A stretch of 64,000 nucleotides of DNA from Mizuhopecten yessoensis (Eukaryota). Below, one piece after another: positions 38,821 to 52,312 of this stretch (position 1 is its first letter; the number at the start of each line of letters is the position of its first letter). The stretch lies in NCBI RefSeq assembly GCF_002113885.1, contig NW_018406484.1, forward strand, positions 281,179 through 345,178, in the 5' to 3' direction. A model generated the notes under the pieces. It searched no databases and was not told the DNA's origin. It was given only the letters and a program-made list of their open reading frames with translations. The translations under genes and the position numbers were made by a program.

Positions 38821-41800
38821 ATGGACGCTTTCATCAAATCATTGCTGTTCCTGTCGATGCTTTCAATAACAACAGCACTACTGCAAAATGAGATTGGTGT
38901 GCATTGTACATTTCCGCCATCATGGCAAAGCAAGGTTTTCTTTGAATCTGGTGAGGTGCTCATGTCGATACCAGAAGTGATGAACGGTACTGGGACGTAT
39001 TACTACGACTATCCCAGTCAACAGATGAGATTTGACCTCAAACTCCAGGCATCACTAGGTAACGTGCGGCTCTAAAATACCTATATCTGGCATTTCAATG
39101 AGGTAAGGAATAAAAACATATGTGAACCACTCAAACGAGTATTGTTTAGTTATGAATACATGAAATAGTCGAAAATGATACTTTCTTAACACACGATCAG
39201 TTGTGTGCATGTAAGCAAGAGCTACTTTGCCTCTATACAACAATGGTTTGGCCAAGTCTAAACTCTTTTAATGTCCTCAAACCTTTCACGCAGACTTTGA
39301 GATATTACAAGCAAGTGAGACATGTACTTTAATGGTGTAGCTCCAATAACAACAATAGATTTTTAGCTTCTCGAGTATTTCCTTTGATAATTTCACATAA
39401 GACATCATGTTTAACATAGAATTATGTTTTCTCTCGATTGCATCAAAGGTCTATGTTTTAAGTGTCTTTCTAATACAATGTATAAAGGCTATGGGAAACA
39501 CCGAATATGCCAACTTGTGTGAATGACTGATGGCTAATATACAAGCACGTGATCATAAAATATAACTCGCTGAAATTTAGAGCCGTGGTATAAAAAAAAT
39601 CAGACTATACGATATAATTGATGATTCTTGTGTTATAATCACTAAATAACATATTCTGTATATATGTATTACAGAGTACAGTATACACCATTGATTACGA
39701 CAACCACACCTGTACCAAGGAAAAGGATAGCGACTACATATGGAACCCATGGAATGGTGTGCCATGTGCGTGTATTATTATGGGGTTTTATATATTAGTT
39801 TATCTATATGGTCAATGTACTATTAACATTTTCCACGCTGGATCAGTAAAGTAAATAATGCGGTACTTGTTTAGCTGAATAACAGATGTACATGCCAACT
39901 TATATTACATGGTACATAATTACAATCTACGCATATCGAAATAGATAACAGTGTACATTTATGACCTATTTCATGAAAATATCAATACCAAGAGTTCAGA
40001 TACGATTTGTATCTATAAAGAACATTAAATATATGTGGTCGGGTTGGTTCATTTGATTTTTAATAAAGATTTATTATTATGTTTCTCTTGAACAATTTAT
40101 TTTGATTAGGAAACTATCAGCTTCATTTGTATACCATGCAAACATTTATGTTATATTTCAAAAAGAAGAAAATGTAAAATTTTGTATCACAATGTCTTCC
40201 TTCAAAAAAAGGTGCTACGCTTGCTAAAGAAAATTTGTATATTGAGCAAGACATTTTAACAGGTATCTAAATGTGTAATTTGTGAAATTGTTGTTCATAA
40301 ACAAGATAATATAAGTAATTGTAAACACTTCTATTCACGCTGTTGATCACGTGTGGATTTGTTTCCTGATATAAAACTCGAGCTGCCAAACCCATGAGAA
40401 CAACTCTCTGGGTGAGGAACATGCGATAGTGTTTAACATGATAATGGTACGTTAACAGTGGACGCCCACTCGGACTGGCATGGTGGTGTAGGGGACTTTC
40501 AGCAGATCACAGAACACTTCACATTGATCAGGAAGGAACTGTACGCTGACGTCATCCTAACACTAGACGTTAACGTAGGTACGTTTTGACATTAAGAACA
40601 GTTTCTATAATATTTATATGATCTGTGTGGCTACTTATCATTGTCCTTTGTTATACTTACAGGATCTGGCTGTCAATAGAGTATTGCATCTTTATAATAC
40701 TTGCATGATCTGTCAGCAAACATCATAGTATCTATAATGTTAGCAGGCACTGACTTCTAACATATCATTGTATCCTTATAATATATTCAGGAAATGTCTG
40801 TCCACCTATTCGTTATAACATCCAAGACGAAGACACCGATCGCGCGAGTGGACTGATAGTCAACTACGAATTCGTGGACCCACAAGATCTTTCAGACCGC
40901 AGTGTTTTCATCCTGCCTTCGTTTTGTGCGAATGCCAAATCGTCACAGGTAAGCTGGATCATACATATAACGTCACAGGTAACCTGAATCATACAGAAAA
41001 CGCCACAGGTAAGCTAGATCATACAGGTAACGCCAAAGGTAAACTGGATTGTACAAATAACGCCAGGGGTAAGCTTGCTCATACAGGTAATCTTACAGAT
41101 AAGCTTGATAATAAGATAACACAATCGGTAAGCATGATCGTACAGGTACAGGTAAGCTGGATCATACAGAGATAACGTCACAGAAAAGCTGGGCCATACA
41201 GAGAAATTACGTCACGGGTAAGCTGGGTCATACAGAGATATAACGTCACAGGTAAGCTGGGTCATACAGAGATATAACGTCACAGGTAAGCTGGGTCATA
41301 CAGAGATATAACGTCACAGATATGCTTGATCATACAGAGAAATTACGTCACATGTAAGCTGGGTCATACAGAGATATAACGTCACAGGTAAGCTGGGTCA
41401 TACAGAGATATAACGTCACAGGTAAGCTGGGTCATATATATCCTCATACAATTTTTCATTGTATAGCAAGAATATTTATACCTGCATGCGTCATAGTTAT
41501 TCTCAAAAAGTTGAAATACCTCTTATCTTGATGTTTCTGCAATTACACAAACGTAAAAATGTATTAATCGTACTATTGTAACCTTTCCTTCCTCAGGAGT
41601 TACATTATCGGGATTATTGCTTTAGTGTTTCATCCATTCCTGTTTCTTTTTCATCGACATTTGATTAAGAAGTTGTCTGCGTGTTGTAGTTGTATTGTTA
41701 TATTTGGTAGAAAGAGAGAATATTTACATCTGTATCATATACAAATATAAAAATACCAATGAACTTTGGGCATACAATAATAGTGTGTTTCTGTCTTGCC

Positions 41801-41896
41801 CATTTATGATGTTTGTATGTTTTATTCGTTTCATAGCACAACCCAATGGGAAGAAGAGCATTGTCTCCGCGGTTCCATCGGCTCTTCATGGGATAG
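38821..41896 (+). pseudogene. EPDR: Ependymin-related gene C, complete exon set; this exon-1 copy has a premature stop (null allele, pseudogene or base error)
   Basis: Exons 38821-39102, 39675-39765, 40459-40578, 40791-40948, 41837-41896. Codon 85 is TAA (39073-39075), where the first copy and gene B have TCA. Exons 2-5 are intact with GT-AG and end RRALSPRFHRLFMG*. Confidence 0.65.
40940..41440 (+). repeat. ~30-33-bp minisatellite beginning at the exon-4 donor of gene C
   Basis: Repeats of ACGTCACAGGTAAGCTGGGTCATACAGAGATATA. The array is longer than its counterpart in gene B. Confidence 0.9.
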
Positions 41897-43530
41897 AAAT
41901 GAAGCCATGAGACTTTGTTTAGAAAAGAAGAAATTAGAAATGGTTACGAGCATGTATAAGAGTAGTTATAATACATTACGTTTGTAATCCAAAGTGTGTT
42001 GAATTACAAGTAATGAAGAGGGTATTCTTAATATATATGATAAAAACTTTCTGAGATTATGAACTTGCGAAGGTGCTCATGTCAAAGTATCGGCTAATCT
42101 AAAACCAATAATGTAGTTAATGCACCTATTATGTCTACAATATCATAACAGATGATTTACGTAAACGGGATGGTTCATTATAAGATAATTTTGTAATATT
42201 GTTTTTCAAGTGCTCGTTTTGCTAGTCTGTGTGGTGTGATAAACATCCTAGAACGTCGTAGACTGTTAACCACCCACGAAAGTAAACGTATTCAAACAGT
42301 TATATTCCATACTGTGACGGTGTGATATCAACAGTTATTTATATAGAACTAGTTGTTAGCTGAAGGCTGAGTATCAAAATCTATGAAGGATTTAACCAAT
42401 ACTTCTGTTTGTGTATTTTTTTATAATGGTGGCGGTCAAAATAGTTTGTTCAACTCTAGCTTGTTCAACTCTAGCATGTTCAACTCTAGCTTGCAACTAA
42501 ATCCTGAAATACCTGTATAGCGCTTTGTGTACTAGTGTGTTGATTCAAACGGACGTATGATGATATAAATAAAGGCTTTATAACACCAATTGAATACAAT
42601 GGTATTTTTGTTTTATTTTGTTATTTGTCATTGATTTGTTTATTTGCGATTACGACACAAGAAGAATTAATCGAATATTTCTTGTGTTGTACCTTGTCAA
42701 TACAAAAATCACTTCGAGAATCCCTATTTATAAAACTTACTTAGGGATTCCCATTTTAGTGAAAGAGAAGTCATATTACCGCTATAACAATGAGATTAAT
42801 AGCGGATGCGCTATTTACAATTTATGCAATGTTAAACCCACATGGACAGGATTACACTACATACACGGGTTCTATATACACATCCATTGTCATTAATGTA
42901 TTTTCAATCGGCCTCGAAATTACTTTCACTGACTAGCTTTCCTTGTTAAAATAGTACGTCGTGCTCTCGCCATGAGGCAATACAACCTGACGAGAAAACG
43001 TTAACGAACCTGTCTCTGACTAGCGTGATCGAGAAAAAATCTGCATCTGTACATACAATATTATTTCTGTCGTGTACTGCGCGTACAAAATAGTTATTCA
43101 ATGACACTTATCATATACATGACATCAAGTGAAATGATATAAGACCTTATTTATAAGCATATGGTGATAAAACTATAACAGTTGACTAATGCATTATGTA
43201 AACTAGAGTATATGATCAGTAAATGTTTAACTTTAATTATTCACAGAAGAAAATAGATACATGTAGAAAACGCAGCTTTATAAGAACATCATACTTTCAT
43301 ATTAGTGTTTATACCACACAATGATCTTTATTTTTTATAGCAGAATAATGTGTAAACACGAGTATATGTATAAATATCATCGTGTGGTATAAAACTAACA
43401 TGAGGACAAAAACGGAAATTACTGTTCTGATTATCTGAATCAGGCTTGACCTCGTTGACAAGGATTTTTATCTACAAATTTTAATTCAAACAAAATGTCG
43501 TTGAGAGGTGAGACATGGCCTAGATAAATC

Positions 43531-43805
43531 ATAACGACAGGCCAAGGTCAGCACACGTATAGACGAGATACATCTACAATTAAATTATAACGACAGGCCA
43601 AGGTCAGCACACGTATAGACGAGATACATCTACAATTAAATTATAACGACAGGCCAAGGTCAGCACACGTATAGACGAGATACATCTACAATTAAATTAT
43701 AACGACAGGCCAAGGTCAGCACAGGTATAGACGAGATACATCTACAATTAAATTATAACGACAGGCCAAGGTCAGCACACGTATAGACGAGATACATCTA
43801 CAATA
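43531..43805. repeat. 56-bp tandem repeat (~5 copies; single copy in paralogous unit at ~32150)
   Basis: ATAACGACAGGCCAAGGTCAGCACACGTATAGACGAGATACATCTACAATTAAATT repeated. Confidence 0.95.
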
Positions 43806-44757
43806 AAGATATGAGTCAGAGCAGTACCTCGTTCTACTATCAATAACAGTTATCTTTATATCACGTAAGTCATATGATCATATGTTATCAAAGGAACCCA
43901 TGTATATTAGTGTATATCTAACAAAAATACAAAGCACAGTTAGAAACAATCTGGTTCAAGTATATTTAGAAATATTTTTTATAACCAGTTGTATTCACAT
44001 ATTTTCTTATTTGTGATTGTCTTGATGACTAATTATAAAAATGAAAATAAATCAATACAAAACGATACTTAGGTGTCTGTATGCCGCTAAATGTATTAAA
44101 GTTAATCACATAATTTTATACTTCGGATTGTCTCCTCTGATACAAGAAATGATGCCCAATACTTATGATGTGGAGTGGGCGCCAGATTTCTCCTCCATGT
44201 TATTTTAGAGGCTTCATGATGTCTTTCATTTAGTTTTGGTGTCACCTCAGTTTTATTTAAGATTTGTTTCCTTGTGTGTTGGCAATATTTTCTTATACGA
44301 AAATTCACATCATTCAAATTTCAACTTTCACAATAAATGCAACACTAGTTAATCACAGGAAATAAATTAAACATTTTGTGGTAGATGATAATATATACAC
44401 TTTGAAAATGATTGATTTGAAAATAACCAGTAGTCCTCTAGTTAGTAAATTCATAAATTAAGGGGTTTTACCTACATACCCCTGTTTTTTCAACTTTTGG
44501 TCCATAGAATCATCGATGAGTGCAGGAAGGACGAGCAGCTGTATGATGCAGTGTGACTAATTTGTGGCATACTGTATTATAACAAAATTTTACACGTGCA
44601 ATCACCTATGTGTATGACGTTTATCTTGGCTTAAACTACAATCACAAAATGTATGGTAAATGACCTGTTCTAATGTAATCATACAGTAAAGAGTAAAAAT
44701 CGTTTAACGGTTATAAAAAATAGTACGTGTTGCTTAGGTTTAATGGAACAATGCAAA

Positions 44758-44760
<3 letters not shown>

Positions 44761-44804
<44 letters not shown>
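44761..44804. repeat. (AAC)n microsatellite
   Basis: About 14 AAC units. Confidence 0.95.
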
Positions 44805-45617
44805 AAACAATCGTCTAGTTAGATTCTTCTTAAGTATTTCAACTTAGTCTGCATTATAAAGAACCAGTGAAGACAGACGTTTTTGCGAGTGAAGTAACAC
44901 GGATATCGAAAAAGTGACGTGGAAGTCGGTATAATATACTTATCAACAGGGAATAACCTTACTCTAATAGCAGCAGACATACAGCATCCCTTCCTTGACA
45001 GTAAATTTGTATTACTGTATATACCTACTGTATGATGTAAAGGGAGTCAACTCAGGGCTCCAATCCTGAAACTCTATATATTGGCAAGGACAATAAAATG
45101 TGTAAAAAAAACCAGGAAATAAAAGTGGTTTTAATCATTCAATAAATACTGAAACACAAACATATATTGGAACAACCAACGTTTAAATATGGTAACGTAA
45201 ATGTGGATTAAATTATAATATGTATGCAGTACATACAAATTGAAAAACAATACACAATTAAATATGGAATAATTAAATACAGTAAAATGATCACGAAATA
45301 ATTGAATATATCTTATATGGTAGAATACTATTTCATTTGCATTGGACAACACATGATTATTGTAATTTGTATTGCCACGTACCACCAGTGCAATTACTTT
45401 TTTCTCTGTGTTCATCGATATATTAACAAAACATACACAGTATCAGTGCCTATTAACCTATATAAAGAAGAGTCTACAGTATAAACAAAGTTATTTGGCC
45501 TCGTATAATCAAAGTACTTTGGCCTCGTATAATCAAATTACTTTGGCCTCGTATAATCAAAGTTCCTCTGTCTAGTTGAATCAAAGTTCCCTGGCCTCGT
45601 ATTATCAAAGTACTTTA

Positions 45618-47297
45618 ATCAATGATCATTTCATCAAATTTTATTGACAAGATGTCATAGTCAATTGGATAGAATAACAGGCAAAGCCTATATGAATTAT
45701 CTCCGTCAAATGGCCAAAGTGGAATAAACAATGAGACATAATATTTTAGACATGTTGCAAATGAAAAAATTAACACAAAATAATTCATATTAGCACAAGG
45801 CTTAGGGGAAGTAACTCATGAAGGAAACATCTCACATACCTCATACAAACTTACACACACATACAAGTACATGTACAAATACGTTTATTTCAGCATATAT
45901 ATACACTATCCTAGACAGATTTGGCAGGCTTAGACCAAAAGTCCATGTGCATATATTGCACAGGTCACTGCTACCAACAACTGTTACAATTAAAAACTAT
46001 AAATTCATTTAATACATATAGGGTGTAAATATTTACAATGTCATGATAAGTACACGCAATAGACAGTAGTCATGCTCAACTAGAATCCCCTGGATGTAAT
46101 ACAGAATATATAGTATATTTTTGTTTAACATCATGGTTTTAAGTCATATAAAACTTAAAACGCCGGGATTTTTCCAATAGAAATAGGCACATCATCAAGT
46201 ATTCGTCTATTTGTAAGCCAATCACAATCAGGACAGCCCTGGAGAAGAATTTTCATATCAATGTGATTGTGGTTTCCATAACTATTAAGAGAAGTGAACA
46301 AATTAGTTCTTTGATTATTAAAAATAGGGCATTCCAAAAAGTAATGAGATACTGTTTCATGTTCAGCAGAGCAGGTACAAGCTGGACTATTAGTAAGATG
46401 GTCATGGTGTAAATCATAATTTAAATTACTGCAAGAGTTTCGAAGTTGACATAGAATAATACTTGCTCTTTTGTTACCTTCTGTTTTGAAAATTGAAACA
46501 GATTCACTATCAGAAATAATATCTTTATTCAAATATTTTTGTAATGCTGCAGGAGAGGGAGAATTAAGAAGATCAGAATTTGCGGTGTTAATTGTGCGGC
46601 ACATTTGAGGGAAAAAACTGTCGAAATAGTTATTAGTTCTACATAACGGTGGGTTGAAAAGCTGAGTTTGTCTGAGAGGGTAGGGGTTATCATTTTGATT
46701 ATTAATAAAGGGATTTAAAACATTTTGTAAGTATTGAAGTGTCTGCCAATGCATAATTTTGTACATCAGTTCATTGTATAGTTTGTCATGTGATACCCCA
46801 GAACGAAGACCTGTTATTATCCTAGCTGCTTCTAATTGTACAGATTCAAGAACAACTTTTGCCTGTTGTGTACAATTATCCCAAATAATATTTGCATATT
46901 CCAAAATTGGCTTAATAAATCCCACATATATTTTACTTAATGATTTTCTATTGACTGTAGTTTTGACATGGCGAAGAATATTAAGTCTATTGTAAGCTTT
47001 TTTGAATACATTATGTATGTGCTGTTTCAATGTTGCATCATCTTAAAGTGTAAGTCCTAAGTGTTGATGTGATGATGTGTCTATGATTTGGCTATTTTGG
47101 AAAAATAATGGGATGTGATGGGTGTCTTGTTTTCTAGAAAATATTAGTGATTTTGTTTTACTGGGATTGAACTTAATGTCCCATGTTGTTGCCCATTCAC
47201 CTATGTTAATAAGATCAGTGTTGAGAGATTGTGCGGCCTGTGCTGGGTTATTATCTATAATAACATACAGAGAAGTGTCATCAGCAAAACGTTTAAA
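45618..47297 (-). mobile_element. 5'-truncated, inactivated LINE (CR1/L2-group-like) RT fragment
   Basis: FADDTSLY catalytic motif, W...W.IKFNPSKT and HQHLGLTL. An in-frame stop at 47045-47043 is followed by 291 codons ending in CTC..EHETVSHYFLECP. The 3' UTR has AATAAA (minus strand, ~45645) and a short TGA-type tail. The element is absent from duplication unit 1. Confidence 0.92.
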
Positions 47298-48859
47298 CAA
47301 TCATCCTTGAGTTATTGCAATTCAAGTTCCCTTGTTGTTACGTAAGATCACACCTGAATCAAAACGGTATCGAACTTGGAATCTATAATTATATATTGGG
47401 TTCTCTGAACAGATATTGAATGTTAATAACAAAATATGTACACGTTAACGGAATGAATGAAATTATATATCAATAATTTACAACGTGGATATGTAGCATG
47501 CAGCATATTTAAAGGACATGCAACTTTTCTACGAAGACAGTATGTATGGGGATACAATGTATGTACAGAGTAATGTAATGTTAAATTGTTCACTCACGAC
47601 GACATTCAACATGCAACGCATTATCAGTGTAGCATCATTAAGGGGGACATGAGTTATGTGACATAAATGATCAAATTAATTCATATTTAAGAAGTGATTC
47701 AAAATCCCATGACATTCAACTGTTGGAGCTTTGGAATATAACTTTCTCGACCTAGTGATAACACTAAAAGCGCTAGTAAGGGGAGGTTACTCTGATATAG
47801 TAGAAGGGTTTTATGTCACACAGGAAATATGTCAGAATCTATTCCCCAGTTTCCATGATAGTTTTATAAATAATCCCTATGTGTTTCATCACCAGCAATT
47901 TTCTCATCACCAGCTCGCGGATTTTATACACGTATTAGGAATGAGAAAATTGTTCGAACGACAAACCCTGAAAATACTGTGTGATAAACCATTTATTCTC
48001 TTTTTTGAAAAAGTCAATTAAATCACGTATCTTTCATCTGACTTCAAGGCCTAATGACCACGAATTCACGATCGGTGACAAACGTAAACAAGTTTTCCTG
48101 GGAAGAATATCATTGACCTTAAAATTGTGTAGTGAGTGTTTTTTTTCAAAAAAACAATATGCATGTCAATGACTTCTCAATACGTATGTTAAGGCTAAAC
48201 TAGTGTTGTTATTCTCACAATATTTCTTCAAAATGTTATAATGATTTGTTGACAGACTATTTTCTCAATCAATTCCGAACTCTTTTTGAACTTCTTCTCG
48301 AGTATTCTCATACCGTTTACCCGTAGTAAGCAGTTTATCATGCTGCTGATAAGTGGTACAATATGTATAAAGTAGTATACAGATGAAAAAACGTTTCACA
48401 TCGACTTTCAGAAAAATTAAAAACATTATGTAGTGTGTATTTGATGCAACTTTTATAATGATTATTTGATGAGTTTTTTTAAATCTTCTATTTAAAGAAC
48501 TTGGCCTCTCCATGGAAAACCTCTTGGTTCGATGTGTCAATATTCCAGTCTTGTTATCAGAATGTATAGTGAGTGATATATATCAGTTGCAGCAATATTT
48601 TTACTAAAACCAATGAAAAGAGCAGATGTGATAAAATGACCTCGTAGTAATTGGCAATTAAATTAACTTTTGTCTCGTAGCTTATGCGATTAATAAGAGA
48701 GCAAAATCCCCCCTTCAAAGCCATTAAATCCAACTAGATATTCTCTTTTGAAATAAATCTGTTGCACCCATTGAAATATGTGGGATCTTTATATTTCTTT
48801 CTATTTCTACATGTAATTTCCTTTTATTGCCTAGCACCATACTTGGCAACACCTCACTT

Positions 48860-49195
48860 TTCGTTTTAGTGTTGAGCGTTCGCCAAGTTGAGGAGGCAAT
48901 GGGTTCTGACCCCATGCAAGGTCATTACAAAGTCCTTTAAAATAATAGTTGCTATTCCCTGCTTAACGTTCAGCATTTAGGGTAATGGCAACAACTTGTT
49001 CACCCGTCGTCAATTTAATGTGACCGGGCGTATAAAGTCGCCATTAGATCCGTGCAAGGAGGCAATTACACCAACATACCCTGTCTCCGGCACACATATA
49101 CACAGCCACGCATACACAACACTCATGGAAGCATGTCCTTAAATAACCTTATCTGTTAATAGAACATTAAACAAAATAAAATAAAACCAAACTAA
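48860..49195 (+). mobile_element. Degenerate tRNA-derived SINE (Meta-SINE-like)
   Basis: Decayed B box GGGTTCTGACCCC, core CCCTGCTTAACGTTCAGCATTTAGGG..AATGTGACCGGG, and tail CTGTTAATAGAACATTAAACAAAATAAAATAAAA. Confidence 0.55.
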
Positions 49196-49896
49196 AATTT
49201 GAAAATAATGGAACACCGATTCTAAAATCGTTTTCGAGTCGTGGTTAATTTCTTTTCAGGTTTTCCCATACTGATAACCCGTAAGAAAGAATATACAAAT
49301 GTTAGATGATAAATAGGAGTATGAAATGATAGATAAGCAATTGATATTACATAGTTCAACTTTTATTTCTGGAAATAAAAACATTATTAAAGCTGAGGGT
49401 AATCAACATGTACATATAAGTGTTAGGTGAATGTAGCAGTATAATTAAGCAAAATATAACATCATGTTTATAGGGACTAGTATAAGTAAACTGTATGTAC
49501 AAGTATTGCAATATATTGATGTGAGGGTGTTATTTACCAGATGTGTATGAGGATGAATTATACACTGTGTATACTATCATTTTGTGGTACATCAGTACAT
49601 GTGATGATAGCGGTTTAGTTACTATTAACGAAATGATAATAAAGGGAGATGTATTTGTATTTGATATCAGACTGTAAACGTGACCTAAGTCAGGTTAACT
49701 CCTGTATTAGTGATAAACGTAGATATATGTACAACACTGTATTACTACAGATTTATGTCTGTCTTGTTCATTGTGTAATCTGTTATTATCTACTTCGTGC
49801 TTTCGACATATATGTGTGTTCGTTACAACTGTGAATTGTATTTAAGTTACTTAATATTTCACAGACTCGAACATGTATTTTACCTTAATGAAAAGA

Positions 49897-52312
49897 ATGG
49901 AAGTACTTAATTTCATTCTACTCTTTTCATGTGCTATCATATCGTTACATGTTACTTTAGCAAAAACAAAACAGTTGCAGTGTAACTTTCCAGCCCAATG
50001 GCAAAGCAATGTTTTCTTTGACTTCGAAATGATGCTGGTGGCCACACAACATATCAACGCATCAGGAAGGTTTTATTATGATTACACCAACCAACAGACG
50101 AGATTTGACTTTGCTGGAATAGAGCATGCTGGCAATACTTCTGTAGACTTCACTCTCATGTGGAAGTTTAACGAGGTAAGTACAATGATTTGTCATCTTT
50201 AAGCCTATGCTTACAAATTTGGATACTGTCAGATTACTTTTTCCCCTATAGGACATGTATCAAGCATTCCAGATATTGTAAGAATGTGTTCATTTTAACA
50301 TTAAGTATAGAAATATGTGTAAATCATAACATTAGAATATAATACCTATTAATCAAACTACATACATAACGTATATCTCTTCGGTATAACAGCCAGCGTT
50401 TTACACCGTGGACAACCTCGATAAAAGCTGTGAACGAGAGGATGGTGTCAGTACCTTCTGGAACCAGTGGGAAGGAATACCAGGTAAGTAAAGAGTGTCA
50501 CTTCTGGAGAATTTAATTACAATACCGGGTATGCAGAGGAGTGACTTTTTGAATCAGTGGGAAGATATACAGGAGAAACAGGGAGGGTGTCTAATGGGTT
50601 CACTCGAAAGATATTTATACCGCGTAAATAGGGAGAGTGACTTCTTAAATCAGTTGGAATGAATCAGCGGGAAAATAATTTCAGATTCTACAACCTAATA
50701 TATAAATAAATGATACACCGCTGTCAAGCAATTGTAACGATCTTTGTTAGATAAGGCTTATTATTGAAATGTTGTAAGTAATAACGAATCTTTGTATGAA
50801 CTGATGTCTAATAAATACTTTTGTACTTTACCCATAAACACTTGTGTATTGAGAATCACTATGAATGATTGAATGAACGAAAAACCTTGGTATTTTAGCT
50901 GATGCCTCACCAGAATATTTCGGACGCTTAGGTGGTTTTAACGAAATTGTTGGACAGTACAAATGGGCGGAAAAGAATGCAGGGCCGATGGGAAATGTGG
51001 CAATAACTATGGATGTAAAAGTTGGTGGGTAATAGTGAAAGTCTCTAAATGTCATTACTGTTCCGTTTTTGAGAGAAATATGTTATGCTGTGCAATATTT
51101 TTAAGGTTAAAACAAATGCATGTATAAAAACGAAGGATATTGTGTGACAGGAAAACAAGAGATCTCATCACTGAAAATATGTTAATGACAAACCTGGTTC
51201 ACGAATGTTTATGCATAATCTACACGTTTAAAATGTTTGAAATACTAGTCTAACTTTAATAATCTGTAGTTGCCTAAAATGGTAAATTTGTAACATTTGA
51301 AATAAATGTATAATCATTCTTTCCCTTTCGTTGTATTCTACATATGGTTCGGAACACATAGGACATGGAGTTTAATTTTTTTCTGATTCTTTTGACGATC
51401 AGCACCACTGACGAGTCCTTATTGGGCGAAAAAGCAATATTGTGTATTATTTTTATTTCTTTTTCTTTTCAAATAGGTTCTTCCGTTTCTTTCTGTTTCT
51501 AGTGATATAAAAGCCAAATTTGCCTGATCAATTTGTACCGGTTAAAGGTTTTTGATGATTTGGATCACTTAGAAATGAAATATTATTTGTTCATTCCGTT
51601 GACCACTGATGAGTCCGTCATGGATGAAATGGCCATATGGTACAATCGAATGTTTACTTTGTTTCACTTTCTACACACAGGATTTTCATATAGATATGTT
51701 TCCTTTCTCCGTATAATATTGATTATGTGTTAATTGTTGTAGGTGACGTCTGTTCTCCAGTCCGTTTGACAATGCGAGAATTAAGTAAGATTTCGTATGG
51801 AGCCTTTGCTTATAACTACGAATTCTTAGATATCAGTGACATAAAGAGCCCGAATGTGTTCACGCCTCCCCCGAACTGTCACAACACCACATCATTGGTC
51901 AGTAAAGTGTTTAGCTATATATTTAACTTCATTTCAATGCGTCTGATCTATTTCACGTCTAGTATCTATATCACGTTCCCTACTCTACTCCCTGACCCTG
52001 CTACCATGATAACATGATATAAGTTGTTAACAGCATAAACCGATTATGTTTCTGTTCTCCGCTGGTGGCATAAGAAGAAGATATTAAAATGTTACTGTAG
52101 GCTTATATGTGTACCTACACCAATATACACTTCATGTAGAAAATAACATTGTTTCAAATATATGTTACAATATTATTCTAATCAAATTAAACACGAGCTC
52201 CTGTCATTTAGATATTCAAAGTTATTAAGTAACAAATGTTTCTTTTATGTTTCAGAGACATATCAACAGAATGGTTACCATTCCCAGATATTTTGGTTTG
52301 TTTATGGGATAA
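49897..52312 (+). CDS. EPDR: Ependymin-related secreted protein, gene D (5 exons, ~235 aa)
   Basis: Exons 49897 (alternative in-frame ATGs at 49873/49888)-50175, 50393-50483, 50899-51024, 51743-51897, 52256-52312, all GT-AG and in frame. CNFPAQW, GRFYYDYTNQQTRFD, SC, WEGIPADA, CSP, VFTPPPNC. Ends RMVTIPRYFGLFMG*. AATAAA near 52375. Confidence 0.88.
51403..51444 (+). ncRNA. Degenerate second hammerhead motif
   Basis: CACCA-CUGACGA-GUCC-uuauu-GGGC-GAAA-aagcaa-UA-UUGUG. Spacing is identical to the 51598 motif, but stem III is damaged and stem I has one mismatch. Confidence 0.5.
51598..51645 (+). ncRNA. Minimal type I hammerhead ribozyme motif
   Basis: ACCA-CUGAUGA-GUCC-gucau-GGAU-GAAA-U-GGCC-A-UA|UGGU: intact core boxes, 4-bp stem II, minimal stem III with palindromic GGCC loop, and stem I ACCA/UGGU. 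Predicted cut after 51637. Confidence 0.7.

Larger units (their letters stand above)
25015..48050 (+). repeat. Tandem segmental duplication (~11-kb units: ~25015-35990 with gene B; ~36020-48050 with gene C)
   Basis: Colinear non-coding matches: 25016 vs 36021, 30235-33640 vs 42130-45320, 35030-35150 vs 45490-45615, 35240-35970 vs 47345-48050, plus all introns. Confidence 0.9.
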
